A stretch of DNA of 64,000 bases from Oscillospiraceae bacterium (GTDB taxonomy: Bacteria; Bacillota; Clostridia; Oscillospirales; Oscillospiraceae), in contig JAFSBW010000071.1 of NCBI GenBank assembly GCA_017437095.1, positions 322 through 64,321 of the forward strand, read 5' to 3'. The translations under genes and the position numbers were made by a program. Positions within the stretch are counted from its first letter, which is position 1. The number at the start of each line of letters is the position of its first letter. The notes under the pieces were generated by a model, which was not told where the DNA came from, did not search any database, and worked only from the letters and a program-made list of their open reading frames with translations. Below, piece by piece: positions 57,846 to 64,000 of the stretch.

Positions 57846-57874
57846 AGTATACCATTGTATAGCCTTTTTTGCAA
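57846..57874 (-). promoter_or_regulatory. sigmaA promoter, CotH paralogue 2
   Basis: TTGCAA-17 bp-TATACT with an extended TG. Confidence 0.75.
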
Positions 57875-57899
57875 TCCACCGGGATAAAAAACCGGGCCG

Positions 57900-57928
57900 T
57901 TGACTTTCTTTGGGGAAAGCGCTATAAT
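57900..57928 (+). promoter_or_regulatory. Near-consensus sigmaA promoter
   Basis: TTGACT-17 bp-TATAAT. Confidence 0.75.
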
Positions 57929-57960
57929 ATAGCAAAATCCATAGAAATGAGGGCTGCTAT

Positions 57961-58209
57961 ATGGCCAAAAACTCTTACGACCGGGATCCTCCCTCCCCTA
58001 CCGTTGCCGCGGTTGCTTCCTTTGCTTTTATCATCGGCCTTGCTGCCCTGGTAGGGTTTTACCCCATCGCCTCCGGCCCCATCGCTCTGGGCTGCGGCAT
58101 CTGGTCTATGGTAAAGGGCGCAAGAGGCTATCAGCCCATTGTCGGCACCGTTGGCGGCGCCATCGCCTTCGGCTGGCAGATCCTGCGGCTGGTGCTGGTG
58201 CTTATCTAA
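57961..58209 (+). CDS. Small hydrophobic membrane protein (82 aa)
   Basis: GAGGG SD, own promoter and terminator, 2-3 Gly-rich hydrophobic segments. Confidence 0.75.
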   Translation: MAKNSYDRDPPSPTVAAVASFAFIIGLAALVGFYPIASGPIALGCGIWSMVKGARGYQPIVGTVGGAIAFGWQILRLVLVLI

Positions 58210-58228
58210 AAATAACAGCGCAAAAAAT

Positions 58229-58260
58229 CAGCGCCCATGGAGAGTCCTCCATGGGCGCTG
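58229..58260. terminator. Hairpin between convergent genes
   Basis: CAGCGCCCATGGAG/CTCCATGGGCGCTG. Confidence 0.75.
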
Positions 58261-58272
58261 CTGTTATTAGCT

Positions 58273-58635
58273 TTACTTTTCGGCAACCAGCTTTTTAATA
58301 GCTGCCATCTGCTCGGGGGTAATATCCTCCCGCTTGAGCAGAGCTTCCATCAGGCCGACGATCTCGGGCTTGTGGGTATGGGAGAAGATGGTAGTAGCAA
58401 AATACTCCTCCCGGGTCATAGCGGGGGCAAAGGTGCGCCCATAGGTCTTGCTGCGCTTTACAAAGCCGGCCTCGTAAATAGCGCCCTTAGCGAGCAGGCC
58501 ATTAAGCAAGATGTGGACAGAGCTATCCTTCCAGGTTTTATTCTCGGAATGCTCCAGCAGGTCGGACCGGGAAAGCGGCTCCTGAGATCCCCACAGAACA
58601 TCCATAATTTGCATCTCACTTTTTGTTAGCTCCAT
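58273..58635 (-). CDS. BlaI/MecI/CopY family transcriptional regulator
   Basis: LTKSEMQIMDVLW, WKDSSVHILLNGLLAKG, MTREEY; GGAGGT SD; TTGACA-16 bp-TATAAT at 58664-58691. Confidence 0.9.
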   Translation of the reverse strand: MELTKSEMQIMDVLWGSQEPLSRSDLLEHSENKTWKDSSVHILLNGLLAKGAIYEAGFVKRSKTYGRTFAPAMTREEYFATTIFSHTHKPEIVGLMEALLKREDITPEQMAAIKKLVAEK

Positions 58636-58821
58636 AAGTAGCACCTCCATATTTGATATAAGCATTATACCATATTTTCCCATTTTGTCAACACAGCAAA
58701 AGCTTATTTCAAAGCGGAGTTTACAAGGATTTTTGTCGTTTTCCGTGAAAAATCGAACTTTTTCAACTCAAAACAAGGAAATAATTTCCAGTAAATCGAC
58801 AATTTCCAACATGTAAATTTT

Positions 58822-59877
58822 TCAATTTCCGTAGATAGTTTCGTTCAAAATGTCCATATTTGCCTGCATGTCCGCCACCAGCACATACATGCCCTTAACA
58901 CGCGCACTTTCATAGGTTCCTTTGGCCGGAATGGACTGGCTGGCAACGATTTTAAGCTCCGGCAGGATGGGGATCAGATCCATAGCCAGGTCCATAATTT
59001 CCTTTTCCGACATATCCGTAGCGATCATGGGAAGGGCGGTATTCAGTAGATCCATCAGGGTAGATACGCTGGAGCTTTTGCAGCTTTGCAGCACAGAGGT
59101 AATCACCTTGCGCTGGCGGTTGGTGCGGCCAAAGTCGTTATCCAGCTTACGGATGCGGGCATAATTCAGGGCTTCCTCCCCGGTCAGGTGATTCATGCCC
59201 GGCACCACGGAGGTGCCGCCCCGGATCAGCCAGGCGGCTTCCGCGTCGGTAAGGGCAATGTCCACACCGCCTACCAGGTCGATCAGCTGGGTAAAGCGGT
59301 TGAAATCCACCTCGATATTGCCGTCGATCTCCACGCCGAAATTCAGCTTCAGGGTTTCATCCAGCAGGGGCATGCCGCCCCACTGGTAGGCAGAGTTCAG
59401 CTTATGGTCGGCATGGCCATCGGGAAAGCGCACATAGGTATCCCGCTGAAAAGAGGTAAGCACCACGGTCTTCTGCTTGATATCGATGGAGCAAAGGATC
59501 ATACTGTCGCTGCGGGCCCGGCCCTCGCCGGGGCGGCGGTCCTGACCGATAAGCAGGATGTTCAAAACCTCTTTTTCGCTTTTCAGCGGCTGGGTTGCCG
59601 CCGGGGTGGTGATGTTGGGCTTGGTCTGCCAAACTTGGTCAGGGTCCAGCTCAACGCCGGTAAAGTTGGGGTCGACAGGGTCGGTATTGCGGATAATATC
59701 CTGCTGGATCTGCTCCTGGCTCATGGGGGTGTTATCCACCTTGCCCAGCTTGCCGAACATCCAGCTCAGGGCTACCGCCGCCGCAATGGCCACCGCCAGC
59801 AGCAGCGCCAGCACCACGCACAGCACCGTAAGGCTGATGCGCTTGCCTGTCCATTTTTTCTTTTGTTTGTCGGCCAA
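58822..59877 (-). CDS. LCP (LytR-CpsA-Psr) family phosphotransferase
   Basis: N-terminal TM, NILLIGQD, RSDSMIL, SFQRDTYV, KLNSAY, YARIR, DFGRTNRQR; TTG start after GGGAGG. Confidence 0.95.
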   Translation of the reverse strand: MADKQKKKWTGKRISLTVLCVVLALLLAVAIAAAVALSWMFGKLGKVDNTPMSQEQIQQDIIRNTDPVDPNFTGVELDPDQVWQTKPNITTPAATQPLKSEKEVLNILLIGQDRRPGEGRARSDSMILCSIDIKQKTVVLTSFQRDTYVRFPDGHADHKLNSAYQWGGMPLLDETLKLNFGVEIDGNIEVDFNRFTQLIDLVGGVDIALTDAEAAWLIRGGTSVVPGMNHLTGEEALNYARIRKLDNDFGRTNRQRKVITSVLQSCKSSSVSTLMDLLNTALPMIATDMSEKEIMDLAMDLIPILPELKIVASQSIPAKGTYESARVKGMYVLVADMQANMDILNETIYGN

Positions 59878-59949
59878 TGCACTCGCCTCCCAAAGAAATG
59901 TCAAACCATTATACTATAGCTTTTCCAAAAAGGCAAGGCCCTGATGCCC

Positions 59950-61461
59950 TCAGCTTACGGGCTTGGCATCCAGCACGGCGGTCAGCTCCAAATACTCACC
60001 GGAGCGGTATACCGTTATGCTCACCGCTTCGCCCGCCTGGAAATTGCGCAGCGCCCGGGTAAGATCCGCCAGGTTTTGTACCGGGTAGCCGCCCAGATCG
60101 GTGATCACATCCTCCACCTTGATGCCCGCCTTTTCGGCGCAGCTTCCGGCTGTCACCTGGCTGACATAAGCGCCAACAGGCAGATTGTAGGCCTGGGCCG
60201 CGTCCGGGTCGATGCTGGAGACCATAACCCCCAGATAGCCGCCGGTAATAAAGCCGTGGTTCATAAAATCATCGATCATGCCGTACACATCGTCGATGGG
60301 GATGGCGAAGCCGATGCCCTCGATGGAAGCGCCGGAGTTGGTAGTGCCGGAATACTTGGCGGTGGTAATGCCCACAACCTGGCCGTACATATTAAACAGC
60401 GGGCCGCCGGAGTTGCCGGAGTTGATGGCCGCGTCAGTCTGCAGCATATCGATCACGATGCCGTCGGTATTCACCGGGCGATCCTTGCCGCTGACATAGC
60501 CAACGGTAGCGGTAACGGTAAGAGTGCCCAGGGGGTTGCCGATGGCCATTACCTGGTCGCCAATGTTCAGGGCGCTGCTGCTGCCGATGTTTACCGCGGG
60601 CAGAGGCTCATCGCTTTCTACCTTCAAAACCGCCACATCGTTGATATTGTCCGAGCCTACCAGCTTAGCTTCCAGCTCCCGGCCGTCGCTGAGGGTTACC
60701 AGCAGCCGCTCCGCCCCATCCACCACATGGTGGTTGGATACGATATAGCCGTCAGAGGTAAGGATGAAGCCGGAGCCTGTGCCTACCGTGGCATAGCCGC
60801 CCAGGCGGGAAAGCTCCTGATTGCTGATAAATACCACGCTGCCTACGCAGGCGCTGTATACCTGGGCGGGGGTATATGTCCCCTCAGGCAGCTCGCCCTG
60901 GGAGGGCAGCACCAAAGAGGGGGTCTGGCCGTTCAGGGCGGAAAGCTCCCGGCGCAGCTGCTCCAGCTCCCGGGCGTTTTTATCCAGCTGGCTTTGCATC
61001 TGCTGAGCATCCCGGGTGTAGCTGTCTTCCAGGCAGGCTGCGGTAATGCCGCCGCTGAGAGCCGCTACCAGCACCACAGCCAGGGCTGCCGCCATAAAGC
61101 GCAGGAATTTATGGGGCTTTTTTGCCTTGGCCTTGGGCGCGGCAGGGGCTTTGGCCGGCGGAGTATAGCCGGGGGTATAGCCATAGTAGCCCGGCGTATA
61201 GGGAGCAGAATTATAATTATAATTGTAGGGGGTTGCGCCGTAGGGCTGGCCATAATAGCCGCCGGGAGCGCTGTAGCCGGGGGTAAAGGGCTGCTGAACA
61301 TAGCTTTGCTGCGCAGCGTTCTGCTGGGGCGCTGCCGGCTGGGCCGGGGCTTCCATAGCAGGGGCAGCTTCTGCAGCGGGGGCTTGCGCGGCGGTTGCTT
61401 CTTGGCAGTTAGCCGCCTCCTGGGCCAGCTGCTGGCCTTCTTTGTTTTCCCAATTATCCAT
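59950..61461 (-). CDS. htrA: HtrA-family serine protease with one PDZ domain
   Basis: TM segment, GTGSGFI, SNHHVV, DVAVL, TDAAINSGNSGGPL, C-terminal PDZ (GYLGV); AAGGAGG SD. Confidence 0.95.
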   Translation of the reverse strand: MDNWENKEGQQLAQEAANCQEATAAQAPAAEAAPAMEAPAQPAAPQQNAAQQSYVQQPFTPGYSAPGGYYGQPYGATPYNYNYNSAPYTPGYYGYTPGYTPPAKAPAAPKAKAKKPHKFLRFMAAALAVVLVAALSGGITAACLEDSYTRDAQQMQSQLDKNARELEQLRRELSALNGQTPSLVLPSQGELPEGTYTPAQVYSACVGSVVFISNQELSRLGGYATVGTGSGFILTSDGYIVSNHHVVDGAERLLVTLSDGRELEAKLVGSDNINDVAVLKVESDEPLPAVNIGSSSALNIGDQVMAIGNPLGTLTVTATVGYVSGKDRPVNTDGIVIDMLQTDAAINSGNSGGPLFNMYGQVVGITTAKYSGTTNSGASIEGIGFAIPIDDVYGMIDDFMNHGFITGGYLGVMVSSIDPDAAQAYNLPVGAYVSQVTAGSCAEKAGIKVEDVITDLGGYPVQNLADLTRALRNFQAGEAVSITVYRSGEYLELTAVLDAKPVS

Positions 61462-61580
61462 AAAGAGCCTCCTTAATATCATATAGGGCTAGTTTAGCGG
61501 GATTTTATGACATAAGTATGTACGAAAGGTAACTTTTTTAATATCATAGCTTTCTTTTTTGCCTTCGTCAAGTATCAAAG

Positions 61581-61790
61581 AAGCGGCCCGCATTGGGCCG
61601 CTTCAGCGTGTCGAAAAACCTATCTCGTTAAAATACAACCGTAGGGGCGAGCATTGCTCGTCCGGCAGCAGAGCATAGCTTTTTCCAACAATTTGGGATA
61701 AATCCTAACTCTTACATTACGGACGACCGATGGTCGCCCCTACCGCAACGAATTTTCCGACCCACGCAAGCGGCCCTATGCGGGCCGCCT
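61581..61790. mobile_element. MITE-like nested palindromic element containing a GTAG REP doublet
   Basis: ~40-bp imperfect outer inverted repeats (61581-61620 / 61751-61790) enclosing GTAGGGGCGAGCATTGCTCGTCCG ... CGGACGACCGATGGTCGCCCCTAC (61641-61743). Confidence 0.6.
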
Positions 61791-61797
61791 CTTGCCT

Positions 61798-61962
61798 TTA
61801 CTTTCTGCGGAAGGACTTGCAGTCGGTGCATTGATCCATGTTGGGGCTTTGCTCATGGGTGCCTACCAGGATGCTGTCCAGGGAGCAGTAGTTGGCTTCG
61901 TCGCAGTGGTGTACGCACTGCTTTACGGTGCATTCGATGCTCTTGTTGGCATGGCAATTCAT
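61798..61962 (-). CDS. DUF1540-like small Cys-rich protein (54 aa), not in the ORF track
   Basis: AAGGAGG SD; MNCHANKSIECTVKQCVHHCDEANYCSLDSILVGTHEQSPNMDQCTDCKSFRRK fits the IxCxVxxCxH..C..I.V..TxCxSF pattern. Confidence 0.88.
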   Translation of the reverse strand: MNCHANKSIECTVKQCVHHCDEANYCSLDSILVGTHEQSPNMDQCTDCKSFRRK

Positions 61963-62125
61963 AAACCTTTTCCTCCTTAATTATGATTACGCCCTTATTA
62001 TTTGCTTTGGGCGCAGAATCATGCATCCAGTTTTTTCCTTGCCGTATTGCTTTTGGGCCTGGCTTATGGTAACATTATTATAATTATGAAAAGTATGCCC
62101 TATGCTTATTTTAGGAGGAAAACCT

Positions 62126-64000
62126 ATGCGAAAATTTGGAAGAAATCTGCTTTGCCTTACTCTGGCGCTGGTCATGGCTCTTAGCTGCCTTGCCGTCGCC
62201 CCCAAAGCCCAGGCCGCAGGCAGCTTCAGCCTTGTAGGCGGCTGGAACGAAAGCCTCTACGCCGAAATCGAAGGCGTAACCGACGCTTCCGTTACCGCCG
62301 TAAGCTACTCCGGCGCTATGACCGGCCAGCTTACCGGGCAGGACCTGCAGTTTCTGGTGCGCGATACCGCCAGCGGCGTGCGCATCGATATCCCCGGCCT
62401 GAAAGCCGGCACTTATTCCCTTACCGTAACCGCCGGGGGCGTTACCTACAGCCAAAGCGGCATTCAGGTAACCGCCTTTGACCGCTCCGGCTTTGCCCAC
62501 TGGAACTATACCCAGGGCGTAGGCGCATACAAAGACGACGGCACAGTAAAAGACAACGCCGTGATCGTCTATGTTACCGACGAAAACAAAAACTCCGTTT
62601 CCGTAACTGCCGGCGGCATTACCGTTACCGGCATTGGCAATATCCTCAACACCAGCGGCAAGGCCTCCAAAAACGGCGGCAAGGCCAACACCAACGGCGA
62701 TATCCTGAAAAAGCTGGCGGAAGAAAACAGGCCTTTGGTGGTGCGCATCGTAGGCCGGGTGACCCAGCCCGCGGGCGTTACCGCCTGGGGCTCTTACGAC
62801 TACGGCGGAAACCCCGATGACAACGGCGGCATGGCCGGTATGCAAAGCTGCAAAAACATCACCATCGAGGGCATCGGCACGGATGCCACCGTGGACGGCT
62901 GGGGCTTCTCTGTAGGCGCTCAGAGCGGCGACTATGCCAAGGGCTACAGCCGCAACTTTGAGTTCCGCAACCTTACCTTTAAAAATGTTCCCGAGGACTG
63001 TATCGGCATTTCCGGCAAAAGCTCCTCCTATCCCCTTACCGAGCCCATCGAGCATACCTGGGTGCATAACTGCGCCTTCTTTGGCCCGTCCAACCTGCCC
63101 GATGCCTCCCAGGATCAGGATAAGGCCGAGGGCGACGGCGCTGTGGACTATAAATGGGCCCAGTACCACACCATGAGCTACAACTACTTTGAAAAATATC
63201 ACAAGACCCACCTGATCGGCGGCGGCGATGAAAACCTGCAGTACCATGTAACCTGGCACCATAACCACTGGAAAAACTGCGAATCCCGTGGCCCGCTGGG
63301 CCGCCAGGCCAATATGCACGTATACAATAACCTTACCGAGGGGCAATCCTCCTACTGCATGAGCCTGCGGGCCAACTGCTACATCTTCAGCGAATACAAC
63401 ACCTATATCAACAGCAAGAATATCTCCAATAGCTCTAACGGCGGCGTGTGCAAAAGCTATATGAACACCTTTACCAACTGCACCGGCGCTACCGCCAGCG
63501 ACATCAAGACCGTAACCAGCAAGAGCCAGACCGTAAGCTCCGGCAACCGCTTTGCCAACTTTGATACCGATGCCTCCCTGGGCTATATCGCCAGCGGCGA
63601 TTACCTGCTGGACGAGGATGCCGCCCTGGCCAAGGCCAATGTGCTGGCAAATGCCGGGCCTATGGATTTTGCCAACCGCTCCGATGCCGAAGAGCCCTCT
63701 ACCCCCGGCGAGACCCCTACCCCCAGCGAGGGCGATTATGTGCATAACTTTACCGAAAGCGGCCTGAGCAGCTCTTTCTACACCATCTCCGGCAACCTCA
63801 GCCAAAAGGGCACCGTCAGCTACAACGGCCTTACCCTTACCCAGTGCCTGAAGCTGGAAAGCACCACCAGCGTTACCTTTACCGCCCCCAGCGCGGGCAA
63901 GCTGGTGCTGGTGTTCCACGAAACCGGCCTGAACGGCATCGTTGCCGCCGGCTGTACCGTAGACCTGGACGGCACCCGCTACACTGTAAACGACGACAAC
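62126..64000 (+). CDS. Secreted PL1 pectate lyase with CBM77-like module, runs off the window end
   Basis: AGGAGG SD, signal peptide, GGWNESLYAE, NITIEGIG, WVHN, GDGAVD, TWHHN, SRGPLGR, HVYNN; then HNFTESG..GNLS..YNGLTLTQCLKLESTTSVTFT. Confidence 0.88.
   Translation, partial: MRKFGRNLLCLTLALVMALSCLAVAPKAQAAGSFSLVGGWNESLYAEIEGVTDASVTAVSYSGAMTGQLTGQDLQFLVRDTASGVRIDIPGLKAGTYSLTVTAGGVTYSQSGIQVTAFDRSGFAHWNYTQGVGAYKDDGTVKDNAVIVYVTDENKNSVSVTAGGITVTGIGNILNTSGKASKNGGKANTNGDILKKLAEENRPLVVRIVGRVTQPAGVTAWGSYDYGGNPDDNGGMAGMQSCKNITIEGIGTDATVDGWGFSVGAQSGDYAKGYSRNFEFRNLTFKNVPEDCIGISGKSSSYPLTEPIEHTWVHNCAFFGPSNLPDASQDQDKAEGDGAVDYKWAQYHTMSYNYFEKYHKTHLIGGGDENLQYHVTWHHNHWKNCESRGPLGRQANMHVYNNLTEGQSSYCMSLRANCYIFSEYNTYINSKNISNSSNGGVCKSYMNTFTNCTGATASDIKTVTSKSQTVSSGNRFANFDTDASLGYIASGDYLLDEDAALAKANVLANAGPMDFANRSDAEEPSTPGETPTPSEGDYVHNFTESGLSSSFYTISGNLSQKGTVSYNGLTLTQCLKLESTTSVTFTAPSAGKLVLVFHETGLNGIVAAGCTVDLDGTRYTVNDDN

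Noticed and set aside
52864-57887. 561-aa and 1116-aa plus-strand ORFs
   Set aside because: Antisense shadows of the CotH-like genes.
62111-63919. 602-aa minus-strand ORF
   Set aside because: Shadow of the plus-strand PL1 gene, which the track omits because it has no stop in the window.

Overview
64 kb of GC-rich core chromosome from what looks like a spore-forming gut Firmicute (Clostridia, probably Oscillospiraceae-like; this taxonomy is inferred from gene content and style). From the left: hflX-yigZ-dgt-dnaG, two divergent sigma70-family genes, cmk and an ispH-rpsA fusion (all minus strand); rpmE; peptidases; birA; ackA/tmcAL; a complete F1Fo atp operon with a Na+-type c subunit; recD2-mreB; galM; nrdD with NrdR boxes; a ~3100-aa sortase-anchored CE8+PL9 pectinase; tspO-rubrerythrin; glpK; two tandem LTD-CotH kinase-like genes; a BlaI-type regulator; LCP; htrA; a small DUF1540-like gene; and a truncated PL1+CBM77-like pectate lyase. 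I found no rRNA, tRNA, CRISPR array, prophage or transposase, but there are several REP/MITE-like palindromic elements. Leading candidates for new biology: (1) the usual rpoD slot after dnaG holds a translationally coupled pair of non-canonical sigma factors, one of which keeps core-binding motifs but has lost DNA melting/recognition residues; (2) an ORF-less, ~260-nt structured transcript unit (near-consensus sigmaA promoter to terminator, 19577-19871) that repeats a GGGGGCUU loop motif, next to a strict 6-nt-periodic RAG tract; (3) a fourfold-repeated ~150-aa domain I do not recognise in the giant pectinase. All annotations come from motif recognition by eye; no database searches were run.
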